Source: the human T2T-CHM13v2.0 reference genome, Homo sapiens
Direction: 5' to 3' (one strand)
DNA: 64,000 bases
Assembly: GCF_009914755.1 (NCBI RefSeq)
Contig: NC_060929.1
The notes below the pieces were generated by a model. It saw only the letters and a list, made by a program, of their open reading frames with translations. It was not told where the DNA came from and searched no databases. Position 1 is the first letter of the stretch. The number at the start of each line of letters is the position of its first letter. Of the stretch, positions 33,719-45,840 are shown piece by piece. The position numbers were made by a program, and so were the translations under genes.

Positions 33719-34065
33719 TGTTATGGCTAATTTCATGTGTCAACTTCACTGGATCACAAGATGCCCAGGTATTTGGTTAAATAGTATTTCAGGTGTGTCT
33801 GTGAGAGTATTTCTAGAAGAGATTCATGTTTGAATCAGTATGCTGAGTAAAGCAGATATCCCTCTCCAGGTGGATAGGCATCATCCAATCCACTGAGAGC
33901 CTGGATAGCACACAAAGGTAGAGGAAGAGAGAATTTTCTTTCTACACCTGACTGCTTGAACTACTACATCAGTCTTCTCCTGCCCTTAGACTGGGACTTA
34001 CACCATCAGCACAACTAATTGTCAAATGTTCAGACTCATACCAGAGCTACACCATTGGCTTTTCC
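33719..34065 (+). mobile_element. MLT2 (ERVL) LTR, MLT2D/B-like, 3'-truncated
   Basis: TGTTATGGCTAATTTCATGTGTCAACTT...GGTGTGTCTGTGAGAGTATTTCTAGAAGAGATT...GGCATCATCCAATCCACTGAGAGCCTG. Confidence 0.8.
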
Positions 34066-34139
34066 GTGTGTGTGTGTGTGTGTCTGTAACATATATATAT
34101 AGAGAGAGAGAGAGAGAGACAGAGAGACAGAGAGACAGA

Positions 34140-34174
<35 letters not shown>
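34066..34174. repeat. (TG)n(TA)n(GA)n compound microsatellite
   Basis: TG run, TA run, then GA run with GACA interruptions. Confidence 0.93.
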
Positions 34175-34175
<1 letters not shown>

Positions 34176-34189
34176 ATGCACCAAAGGGG

Positions 34190-35530
34190 AAAAATACAAA
34201 TAAGAATGAATGCTGACTTCATATGAGAAGTAATGCATCCCACAAGACAATGAAACAGTATTTTTAAAGAGCTAAAAAAAAATTTTTTTAGTCACTGCTA
34301 ACCTAAAAGTCTATATTCAGTAGAATAGCCTTCAAATATGAAGGTGAAGTAAAAACATTTTCAGACTAACAAAGCTGATAGACTTCATTGCCAGCAGATT
34401 GGCACTATAAAAATTGGTGAAGAGAGTACTTCAGCTTTAAGTTATGATACCAGATAGAAACACAGGTCTGCAGAAAGAACTGAAGAGCATTAGAAATGGC
34501 AAGTATGAAAGACTTTAGTTAATAATTTCTTTAAAAAATAATTACCCACTTAAAGCAAAAATAATAATCCATTATGTAGTTTGTAATATGTGTGGAAGTA
34601 AAACATATGAAAAAAGTAGCATAAAAACCAAACATTAAACATATTACAGGTGAGTTATTAACAAATGTATAAACTAAAATTCTAAAGATTTCAGAAGCAT
34701 ATATAGGAGAACATAATTTATGAATTGGAGTAGTAACATATTTTTTGGATGAGAAAAAAGAACAAAACAAAGGAGAATGATTGATAAATTCAAATTTACT
34801 GAATCGAGTAGGATAGGGAACTATAAACAAAAATAAAAGACAAATAATAAACCAGGAAAAGATATTTATCCACAAATTGCAAAGAATTAATACTTAGATT
34901 ACTATATAAAGAATAAGGATCAAATCAATAAGTAATAAAAGAGTGATCTAAAGCAAATAAAATGACCAAAAGGTCAGTATTATTCATGGGGAGGAAACTA
35001 AAAGTATTAATAAATATGTTAAACGCAACTCAAACTTAAAGAATTCAGGACAATTACCACTAAAACAATCATATGACACTAGTTGATTTTCATTCAACTG
35101 ACAAAAAAATTAGAAGTCTGGCAATAAGAGGCTATTTTACTTCTCTTACGCTACTGATTAGCGTGAATTGGTACATGCTCTTTGGTAAACAATTTGGATT
35201 TGGCATTAGCTGATAAAGTTGAAAATGCATTTTTCCTATGAACACGTAAGTTTCTTCCTGGAAACTTTAACACACATAGGCGTAAGGGACATGGACAAGA
35301 ATATTCACGACATCTTTGTTGATAACAGCAAAAACTGGAACAATCAAAATTCTGACTAATCCAAAAAGAAATAAATATATTTTATATATTTTTATAAGGG
35401 GATAATTCACAATAATTAAACAACAAACAATAACAGCAATTTAAAATAAGTACAAAAACAAAATTTCAAAATGATAAATTCAGAATACTATTTATATAAG
35501 CTTAAAACAAAACAAAACTGCGTTTATGAA
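34190..35530 (+). mobile_element. Old L1ME-type fragments (ORF1 end/inter-ORF, then ORF2 end/3'UTR)
   Basis: CCTTCAAATATGAAGGTGAAGTAAAAACATTTTCAGAC...TTCATTGCCAGCAGA, later AATATTCACGACATCTTTGTTGATAACAGCAAAAACTGGAA. Confidence 0.6.
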
Positions 35531-36980
35531 CCCATACCTATGCATATTTATTCATTATATGAGGTGGGCAGATGTCTCACAATTATAGATAATTATAATC
35601 CACAAGGTTTTACTACTTTTGATGACAGAAACTAGTCTAATCCATCCTTGTTTCTCAAAACAGAACATATAATAGGGGCTTAATAAATAATTGATAAATA
35701 AATTAGTGATAAAATTCAGGTTTCATGACTCTCAACTCCAATTCTCATCATATTTATGCAATACTAGGTAAGGCCTTTGTAAACATGCAATATATGTTGA
35801 AAGAGAAAAATTAGCTTGTCTTCAGAGTAGCTGAAAACAAAAACCAAAAAGCTTTGCTAATTTTAGCTTTAAAAAATCTCAAAAATTATGGGTAACACAG
35901 TAGCATTCCTACTCAAAGGACCATATATTTGAAATATTGTTCTTCAAATAATTATGCTTCCATGTACTAACAGGAAAAAAGAATGTCAAACTCTCAGGCT
36001 ACTTTTATGTATAATTCCAACATCTTTTCTTTTCTCATGAATGTCTGAAATTACGTTGTTCTCCAGATGCCAGTCACAAGACCAAGTCAGACCCATCAAT
36101 AGTTTACTAAAGACAAGCCCAAATTGTCACAAATCCAGAAAGTCAAAACTGTAACATCACTACATTCTTAATTGAGATTATGGTCATTGTAAAGCAAATC
36201 CATTTAATAGTAATTTTCCACCTTTTTTATTCTGCTACACCTCATATGTAAATATGTACAATAAGAATTCCATGGGTACACCTAGCAAGAGGCATCATTC
36301 AATATACCCTCCAACTCACATTTTAGTTTCTCAAAAACTTTCATCCCAAGAAGAAAACACATACTGACTAATGTGTCCTCCCCACTCTATCTCCTCCACT
36401 TACGTCACTGGACATCTGTCCTTGATCTTTTAATTTGTGTCAGACTAGGCCAGAAACACTATGTGGGCAAAGAAAAAGACCATTACTGTTTTACATTTAT
36501 CTCTCCTCATCTGGGAAGTTGAGATACACAGGTGTGTGACAAAGGAATTTTGGAAAAAAAAAATTAGAAGCTAGGGGATGTCATTTATGCATTATCCAAA
36601 ATCTATTTTATTCCAACAGTAATTTAACTGTCTAAATCCACATTCACCTATGAAATGGTTTCATATGTGAGCATATGTATTACAGTAGAAAAAAGGCAAA
36701 GAACCACAGTTGTTAGGTAAATCTCAACTGCTTTGAGATCTCTTAGTGTAGTCCTGCCAGGAAAAGCAAGCCCAACTGGAAAATGTTTTTCCCTCCATCA
36801 CAAAATCAAATTGTAAACTTATTACATAGGCTACCAATAAGTGTCTGCTGTCCCCCTAAATTATACAATTACCCTTTTAATTCTTACAAAATAAAGTTCA
36901 TATACCTAATAGGATAACAGTGATCTTTCTCTCAAACCATAATCCAGAACTTAGTGTGCCCTTCTAATCTACAAGATGAG

Positions 36981-37525
36981 TGTGATGGTTAATATTGAGT
37001 GTCAACTTGATTGAATGGAAGGATGCAAAGTGTTGATCCTGGGTGTGTCTGTGGGGGTGTTGCCAAAGGAGATTAACATTTGAGTCAGTGGACTCGGAGA
37101 GGCAGACCCACCCTCAATCTGGGTGGGCACAATCTAATCAGCTGCCGGCTCAGCTGGAATAAAAGCAGAAGAACGTAGAAGGACTAGACTGGCTAAGACT
37201 TCTGGCCTCCATCTTTCTCCCGTGCTGGATGCTTCCTGCCATTGAACATTGGACTCAAAGTCCTTCAGCTTTTGGACTCTTGGACCGATGCTAATGGTTT
37301 GCCAGGGGCTCTCAGGCCTTTGGCCACAGACTGAAGGTTGCACTGTCGATTTCCCTACTTTTGAGGTTTTGAGACTCGGACTGGTTTCCCTGCTCCTCGG
37401 CTTGCAGATGGCCTATTGTGGAACTTCAACTTGTGATTGTGTGAGTCAATACACCTTAATAAACTACCTTTTATATATACATCTATACTGTTAGCCCTGC
37501 CCTCTAGAGAACCCTGACTAATACA
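36981..37525 (+). mobile_element. MLT2A2 (HERV-L) solo LTR, complete
   Basis: TGTGATGGTTAATATTGAGTGTCAACTTGATTG ... CTAGAGAACCCTGACTAATACA; 545 bp; perfect 5-bp TSD ATGAG. Confidence 0.93.
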
Positions 37526-38988
37526 ATGAGTATGGATGTGCCCACAGGATCTCCCTTGCCAGTAGTGGTGGGGTAGAAGTATGCAGTCATCATTAGGCTC
37601 TGAGGCTTAATCAAGCTAAACATGATAATCTAGTACCCACAGTCTAGCTTCATGGCTATGGTGAGCTCATTAGGGATAAGAAGTGACTTGAGGAATGGAA
37701 AGAGAGCTAAGTTGTTGTCAGTGGATTTAACAATATCATTCTCACTTGCAGTATGCTGACTTCCAGGGCCAGTTCTTCAGAATCTGCTTTTTCTCCTGAA
37801 ATCAGGCCATGCGAAAAGAAGATGTTGCCTCCTGGCACAGATCATTCATCCTGCCTGGTCCTCAGTCAAGTCTCCAGCAGCTTGGGATGTCTGAAGAATG
37901 AAAAGCCTAAGAGACAAGGCCCGGGGATGCCCAACATACATTCTATAAGTGGGGAAAGTGGATAAAATGTTTTCTGTGTGGAAAGGACAAATAACAGTTA
38001 ATTTCTACTGGAAAAGTAAACAAAAACCGTAATTAAAATTGCTCAAAAGTAAATTCTGATGCATGGCTTTGCTCTCCTGATGCGTGTTCCAAAGCCTTCA
38101 AACCCAGAGCACATAGCACCTTTTCTGTAATCCTTTACCCAGTACCTATCAGGGGACACAGTTACCCGCTGCTGTGGACCAAATCATCACCCATCTTTCT
38201 AATACTATGATGTACTTGCATGACAGTCAGCTTACCAATGTGTTTGAGTATGCAGTGGGATTGCAAACTGATCAAAGATTTTGCAAAGAATATGAGGTTG
38301 GTAAGGACCATATCAGTTTTAAAGGTGAACCATGAACCCCCATCACCAGAGCCAAATGAGAGCCCTTTAGTTCAAGCTGTATCCAAATGAGATGTACAAA
38401 AAACTGCTTCTCTTCAATATTTGGCCCACATTTTTCCAATGGAAGCATTTTTCTCATCAGACTGGTGTTAACTGCCAACTTGTAAATAAAATATAAGCTT
38501 AGTTTTGAGCTGATTATGGGCAATATCATAACCTCATTTATTCAGACAAGCTACCCAAATCACAGACGTTCTTTAACTGGCCACTTTTAAGAAAATACTT
38601 GCCAAATAATGGGCTTGTTAAATAGCAAATGTCAAAAACAGATTTCTAATGTGACTAACAGGCATTTACTGAAGCTGAAGCAAGTGTTTGAACCCAATGG
38701 AATGTTAATCTAATATGAATATGCTTATGCTAGCAAACACTAAAGCTGGATGAAAAAAGCATGACATAGTTTTAAAAACAGTAATCTCATATAGATATGC
38801 TTATGCTAGAAAATTTTAAAATTTAGATGGGTTGTATTTTTTAAATGGTAAACTATGCATATTTTTACATATATATGCAAAACATTGTGTAATTTAAATG
38901 TATTTTAAATCTCAATCTATTTCAGGGTTCAGTGTTTTGATTAGTAACTATCAAATCCAGCCCAGAGAAATTTAAAAGAATTGGTTTA

Positions 38989-39291
38989 GCTGGGTATGGT
39001 GGCTCACATCTCTAATCCCAGTACTTTGGATGGCCAAGGCTGGAGGATCAGTTGGGCTGAAAAGTTCAAGGCCAGCCTAGGCAACATAGTGAGATCCTGT
39101 TTCTCCAAAAAAAAAAAAAAAAGTTCTGAAAAATACCCAGGCATATTGGGGTGTACCTGTAGTCCCAACGACTCAGGAAACAGAGGTGGGAGAATCACTT
39201 GAGCCCAGGAGGTGAAGGCTGCAGTGTTGCCCATCACTGCACTCCAGCATGGGCAACAGAGTGAGACTCTGTCTCAAAAATAAAATAAAAT
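38989..39291 (+). mobile_element. AluJ, full length
   Basis: AluJ diagnostics (GGCAACATAGTGAGA, TTGAGCCCAGGAGG, AAGGCTGCAGTG); perfect TSD AAAGAATTGGTTTA. Confidence 0.92.
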
Positions 39292-39394
39292 AAAGAATTG
39301 GTTTAACTTTCCAGATTTACAGATATTTCTGATAGGTGTTTGGATTGAACTTGGTTAAAGAAGAAATGGTTAAAGAAGACGAGGGATACAGACA

Positions 39395-39645
39395 CAGCAA
39401 CCCAGCAGTTAAAGTAAAAAGTTTGGAGCTAGACAGATAAGAACTAGAATTCTAGCTCCTATACTTGCTAGCTGTAATATTTTAGACATGTTATTTCACC
39501 TTTCTAGACCTCTATTTTCTTTACCTGTAAAATACAAGTGAAAACACCTGACTCACTGGGTTGTTTTAAGGATTAAATTAGATATCATTTGTAAACTAGT
39601 AACCCAGAGTCTGACCCACAGCAAGTGCCAGTAAATGGGAACTTC
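39395..39645 (+). mobile_element. MIR (MIRb-like), near full length
   Basis: TGGAGCTAGACAG...CTAGCTGT...ACCTGTAAAAT...GGGTTGTTTTAAGGATTAAATTAGATA...CAGTAAATG. Confidence 0.7.
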
Positions 39646-39953
39646 CATCACTTTGCATACATACTTCCCATGAACTCTCTTACTGGAAGATATTCCCAGA
39701 TGCCTGCTATATTCTGTGAACTCTAACCCTAGAAAAATAAAATATTTTCTTTTATCATAGTTTCATTTTCTTTATCAAGGTTAAGTTTCATTCATATTTT
39801 GCCATCATACTAAAATATTCCCAACTTAAGAATGTTTTTTCTACACAGTTCTTGTCCTCCTCCCGCTCAATAGTATTATAGTTTTTTTACGAGATAAGGT
39901 ACTTGATTCCATTCATTTCTTAAATTTTCTTTTTTCAAGGAACCTCATGTGTA

Positions 39954-40135
39954 ATATTTACCTGGCAGGAGAGATCCCATGATCACAAAGGTGGTTTTCC
40001 CAGAGTGAGGCTTAACCATTGCCTCCGAGGTGCTGATTCCTGATATTCCCCCAAATGTGAGACGCTGGAGTGCATAATTTATGGTAGTGGGGGCCTGAGT
40101 TTGCACTCTCCCCTAATGTTTTTGATATAAAAAAA
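39954..40135 (+). pseudogene. U1 snRNA processed pseudogene, full length with 3' trailer and A tail
   Basis: Colinear with U1 from ATATTTACCTGGCAGG through CCATGATCACAAAGGTGGTTTTCCCAG and TGCATAATTTATGGTAGTGGGGG to TCCCCT. Many substitutions; degenerate TSD AAGGAACCTCATGTGT / AAGAAACTTCATGTCT. Confidence 0.93.
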
Positions 40136-43100
40136 GAAACTTCATGTCTTCAAATCTTTGGGGATTCCTAAAATATCTATTTACTAATTGCATGCTATTA
40201 TTTTTATTCAAAACCTTTCAGACAAAGACTGATTGAGGAAGTTAACTTTTTCTAGGATAATGTTAGGTTATCTTGACCTTGAATTCAACTTCAGCTAATT
40301 TTTTTTCTTTACTAGAGAGCCTTATCATTAATCCCATATCCCATTAAGAGCTGCTTTGATCCCCAGTCAGCCTGCCTAATCTAATGTTTTGGAAAAGATA
40401 TTCTGCTCTCTGTTCTGGGAGACTTATTTTCCTACATTTGGTCAGAAAAAAAAAATGTCAAAGGTTTGAGAGACTGAGAAAAGTGCTGAATGAAGCTCTA
40501 GGTCCACATTGTGGTTCTGACAGTCTGGTTATTTTTTGGGGTGTCTGCATTTGGTTTGCACGACTCCTCCCTCCATTTCACTCTTGGTTCACTGTCTTTG
40601 AAAAAGGAATCAGAATCCCACCTTGTGCCATGAGCAAGATTTGCTCTGTTGGATTTTGACCTTTGGGAAAGAGTTTTGTTATCTAGTCTTGGACATGGAG
40701 TTGTCAACTTTTAAAAAATCATCTTAAATGGGAGTGAGCATTTCTGACCCTTGGGAGGGAAAAACAACTTTAGATATCTTGGTAAATGGGAACAAGCATA
40801 AGGTTGAGATGAAGGAGAAATGCTTCCCTGGACACAGTGCAGATTGTTTCTACCAGCAATCGCTGGTGGTGGCTCCAGCTGAGCAGGATGGGGCAGGCAC
40901 CCTTGTGCCACTACTACAGGCGTTCTTTCTGATACATGCAGCTCTTTCTGCAACAACTAATCCTCTTCATCTGGACTCTTCAGCCTGATTCATGGCCCTC
41001 TTTTCTGCCTCATTTTTAAAAAGTGTTGGCAATGATACAGCAGAGAATGAAAGTCACTGATATCTCATTGGGGTTCTAAATAGAAAGTGGCAGAAAACTG
41101 TGAGGCCCTGAACAAATCATTTCCTTTTCTTGACATCAGTTTTTTTTAACCTATAATGACTGGCTGAAAAAAAAAAAAAAAAGCATGAACTCTAAGAGCC
41201 TTCCAGCTCTGGCATTCTTTCCTTTTTAAATATTTTTTTTCTGAAGACCTCAAGCACATTATATTTGTAATTGTTATTTTTAAGCTATATACACGCGGCA
41301 CACAAACATATACAGTTTAAATCTCTCTGTTAGTGAACTGTGCAACCAGTGCCAAATGTAAGATAGCCTTCACATTTGACGGGATATGCCTTTACTACTC
41401 CAGACCCTCAGTTAACAGAGCAGGTGATGAACATTGCAGTTGCAACCCAAGAGCATAAAGAACACTCCAACCTCCAACAACAGTCTAAAATGTCAGACTG
41501 CTGGGCATTTAGCAGCATCTGCTTTATAAATTACCATGTTTATGTGGTGTTCTCAGAAGGGTTCCCATTGTTATTTACTCCTCAATGTTTGGTGCTAAAC
41601 ATCAAAAGAACCCGAGCACCAAAATGTCAAGCCCAGGGAGGAAATGTTTCAAGAGAATTTATTTTTGTACCAATTTAATTTTTCTCTGAATTTCAAGAAC
41701 AAGGGTGTGGACCTGACATCGGACCATTCTGCCAAATGGGATTCATCCAGTTCTAATTACTACTCCCTTTCACAGGCCCAAGGATGCCACTCTATGCTTG
41801 GCACATGGAAGTTACTGGCTGGACAGATTGTACTAAACAAAAAAAACTCCCTAATTACAAATGATTAGAAATAAAAATAAAATCTGCACTCCAAGTCTGA
41901 AATTTGTATTACTTTATCCTGAGGTGTAAAGGATTTGAGAGAAGGAAGAGGAGCTGAGATTTTGTTTATGACATTTTTAGGGTGTATTTCTTTCAAAGAA
42001 TTTAGAATGCCCGGAGCTTCGTCTGGAGTAGTTACTTGTGCACAGTTTTTTGTTTTTGTTTTTGTTTTTGTTTTGCAATCTCCTCTTCTCATTTTTTTTT
42101 CAATGAAAAACAGCTGAAGAATAGTTTTATTAGTTCTGGACATATGAGTGGTAGTTTCTGGAGCAGCTGTTTTCACAACCTATTCCAAGCAAGATGTCTT
42201 TTTTAAAGACTCTTGCTTCTTTCCTGCTTACTAATTACAATATTAGTCTTTCTCTTTGTTAGTTCTCTGTTTTCTTTTAGTCTCATTATTTGATCATTTT
42301 AATCTTATGATGGGAAAAAAAAACTAAACATTTGCAAATTTATACCTGTGAAGCCTACTATGTGCAGAGAGGTAGGCCAGTCAGTCTCCACATGCAAAGA
42401 ATGAAGAGCCAGACATTGCACAATGAGTGACAAAGGCATTAGATTCAATAGAAATTCAGGAAACAGAAGAAACTTTATAATGTCTGATCTATTAAGCAGA
42501 TAACATTGAAGTTGAGGGAACAGGTTCATCCAGGGATCAAACTTGCCCTGAGAAGCCTAACAAGGAACAAAGACTTTGAAATAGTAGAAACTTTGAGGGT
42601 TGTACTTATGTCCCACAATAGTACGGATTAACCAAAACTTTTGATCTCATCCAATTCTGCTTCATTCATCAAAATGAATGTATATTTTCTCACAATACGT
42701 TTTCTCTTTCAAAGAGCAAGGGCTTTTGAATGTCAAGTTTTCTGCAATCTAGCTCACAAACACTTATGAGGATAGGCATAAGAAGGTAATGTTAACCTGA
42801 AGAGTCTTGCCTGGAATTAAAAGTGCACAATACACATTAAGACACTCATTATACTATATGAGTATATATACATTATACTTTAAAGCACATGATACTCATG
42901 TGTTTTAAAGTTGATACTGGGAGGAAGAGAGACGATTTTTAAATTTTCTCAAATCCGTGAGAGTCCTTAGGTATGGTATGCTGAAGATAGCTCCCTGAGG
43001 ATTGGAGTAAAAGAAAATGGAATGTGGTCAGAACATGTAACTTGAGATTGAGGGGCTGCCCATAGGAAAATAGTTGTAGGCCAAAAAGCAGGAGATGGAA

Positions 43101-43361
43101 AGCTGAGCATGACACCTGAGGCAGCCTACCGAGTTGCAAAGGAACCACCATTTGCAAGTGAGCACTCAGTCATGGTTGGCTATTTTTAAAGCATCATTAC
43201 ACTTAGAGAAGTACTTATCACATTTGCTTGGCTTATCACCCATTTTGCACTCTGGGTAATTGAGTTGCAAACAAAGACATCTTTATTTCTCAAAGGATAT
43301 AAAATACAAGCTTTTGTATCAGAAAGTATAAAGCAAAGTAAAAAAGATAGATTCCCTAAAG

Positions 43362-43516
43362 CAGTGATTTTCCAAGGGTGGTTCCACGGTTGGCAGCAGC
43401 TGCTGGGAACTTGTTAGAAATGCAAATTCTAGCAGAATCATAATCAGAAACTCAGGGAGTGTGACTCAGTGATATCTGTTATAACAAATCTTTACGATAA
43501 AGTTTGAGAAACACTG
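43362..43516. mobile_element. MER5A (hAT-Charlie MITE)
   Basis: CAGTGATTTTCCAA...CTGGGAACTTGTTAGAAATGCAAATTCT...ATCAGAAACTC...AAAGTTTGAGAAACACTG. Confidence 0.85.
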
Positions 43517-43937
43517 TTTAATGAATAGGTAGGAAACACCATACTTTAAAGTTCAGCTTCTTAAGAGACCAAAGACTTTATTTATTTTTAAATTTTTTAT
43601 TTCCATAGGTTTTTGGGGAATGGGTGGTATTTGGTTCCATGAGTAAGTGGTGATTTGTGAGAACTTGGTGCACCTATCACCCAAGAAGTATACACTGAAC
43701 CCAATTTGTAGTCTTTTATCCCTCACCCCCTTCCGACTCTTTCCCACTGAGTCCCCAAAGTCCATTGTGCCCTTCTTATGCCTTTGCAACCTCATAGCTT
43801 AGCTCCCACTTATGAGTGAGAACATACTATGTTTCATTTTCATTCCTGAGTTATTTCACTTAGGATAATAGTCTCCAATCCCATGCAGGTTGCTGTGAAT
43901 ACAATTCATTCCTTTTTATGGCTGAGTAATATTCCAT

Positions 43938-44172
43938 CATATATATATGATATATATATCATATATATGTGTTATATATATATATATATCATATATATGT
44001 GTTATATATATCATATATATGTGTTATATATATATCATATATATATATATCCTAGTAGGTATATGAACTTTATTTTGTAGGAATTAAAAGGGTAATTGTA
44101 TAATTTAGGGGGACAGCAGACACTTATTGGTAGCCTATGTAATATATATATATGATATATATATCATATATA
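43938..44172. repeat. (TA)n-rich tract with TATATCATATATATGTGTTA units, interrupted by a 97-bp foreign insert
   Basis: Seen directly; three ...CATATATATGTGTTA... units before the insert. Confidence 0.93.
44048..44144 (-). repeat. Dispersed inverted duplicate of 36820-36916
   Basis: Manual reverse-complement alignment: 95 of 97 identical, no gaps. Confidence 0.95.
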
Positions 44173-45469
44173 TACACCAAAGTTTCTTTATCCACTCATT
44201 GATTGATGGGCATTCAGGTTGGTTCTACATTTTTGCAATTGTGAATTACAACCACTATGAAAAACATTGTGGAGACGTCTTAAAGAACTAAAAGTAGAAC
44301 TAACATTTGATCCAACAATCCCACTACTGGGTATCTACCCAGAGAAAAATATGTCATTATGCAAAAAAGATACTTGCACACGCATGTTTATAGAGACCAA
44401 GACTTTAAATCAATTTGTAAAGAATGTGCTGTGTGTTTACTCTGTTTGCCTGAAGGAGAAGTTTGAGCACTGCACAGCAATTAAACAATGAGTCAAGACA
44501 GGCCATCATCAGGAAACCATGTCAAATATCTGAGGAGAGCTATCAGGAGGTAGGGAAGAGATAAGGGCAGTATAAGCTGAAGGCATCCAGAAAGAGTAAA
44601 GACAAGATGAAATGGGGTTCTTATAAGAAACTTGCCTAACACACCAACATTTCTCATTCATAAGGGTATGCTTACTCTGTTTCTGGGAAGTAGGAGAAAA
44701 AGACTCTGCTTCCCATTGCTTTCATAAGGGGTAAACAATGGCCTCCTTTAGACACAAATTGATGACCCTCTTCAGCCTCCACTTTCTGTGCTGAATGTAC
44801 CAGAGTTTACAGCCAGCCAAGAAGTAAGAGGTGGACATGCTCCTTGATGAGTGGTTTCAGGCAACAGCCTGCAGCACCAAGTCTTCTGAAAAACCTCCCA
44901 GGTCTGAAAACGACTATGAGAAGAGTGAAAAAAAAAAAGTGTGTTGGGGCTGCTTCTAGCCAGATCCTATTCAGAGTTCCACAGCTGAACTTCCCTTTGG
45001 ACTGTGTTTAGAGTTCCTAAACAAAATAGATGGGAGATGTATCCCACTGAGGAGCAAAACAGACAAAGCCATTACCCCTCTAAGTAAGCACAGCCCTGAG
45101 CCAGGAACAAAAATTGGCCCAGTGTGTGGGAACGTGGGCCTGCCAGGCCTATCTAGAATCCACTCCCAGGCAGTGGCAGTAAGGAACATGCTGGGAAATG
45201 TTATGCTACCCCTCCCCAACCAAGCTTTCTACTCAAAGGTTAAGGAACCACCCTCATTTCCTTGAATTAGCCACTGTGAATTGTTAAATGTGAGTCTAAC
45301 CAAATCTTTTTCAGGTTACTTATATTTTTACAGAGGCCTGGGATTTGGTATTCTATAGGCACTACTTCCTGGATTGTAATGGGATTTTAGACTGACAACC
45401 CTATACCACAAATATACATCAGTTCTTGATAGCAGACAAAGGGAACCATGCCTTACTTTAATCTTTCCT

Positions 45470-45648
45470 AAGTATGGATTGTTGGCCATCTATAAAAGAA
45501 TCCCCCAGATTCTTGTTAAAAAATACTGGTTCACAGGTCACATATCAGACCAGTAAAATCAGAAATGTGTTAGGGTGGACATTGGGATTCTGCATTTTTA
45601 ACAAAACTGCCAAGTAATTTGTATTTTCATTAATATTGAAAACATGGT
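45470..45648. mobile_element. MER5B-like hAT MITE
   Basis: AGAATCCCC...CTTGTTAAAAAATAC...AATCAGAA...TCTGCATTTTTAACAA. Confidence 0.6.
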
Positions 45649-45840
45649 CAGTTGGCTTAACAGTCAAAATCAACTTTGCAAAAAAGTCCAATCATACCCA
45701 CATGCATTAATTATTGTTACGTACTTTGTCTTGGCAATGATACAACAAGACAGAGGGAGAGAGAGAGAGACAGATAAATGGACAAATGCAGAAAAGGATA
45801 GAAAAACTGAAATGAGGCAGAAAAGAAAGTGAAAAGGAGC

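Larger units (their letters stand above)
43581..44393 (-). mobile_element. L1PB (L1PB1-like) 3' fragment with 5' inversion
   Basis: Minus-strand L1PB 3'UTR 43581-44247, then a plus-strand ORF2-end piece 44248-44393. TSD AGAGACCAA(A)GACTTTA at 43564-43580 and 44392-44407. Confidence 0.9.

Noticed and set aside
39954-40115. Functional U1 snRNA gene
   Set aside because: TSD and A tail, mutated 5' recognition sequence, protein-binding loops and Sm site, and no recognisable PSE upstream indicate a retropseudogene.
40728-40988. GC-richer 86-aa ORF
   Set aside because: No recognisable homology and no convincing exon structure; consistent with chance.
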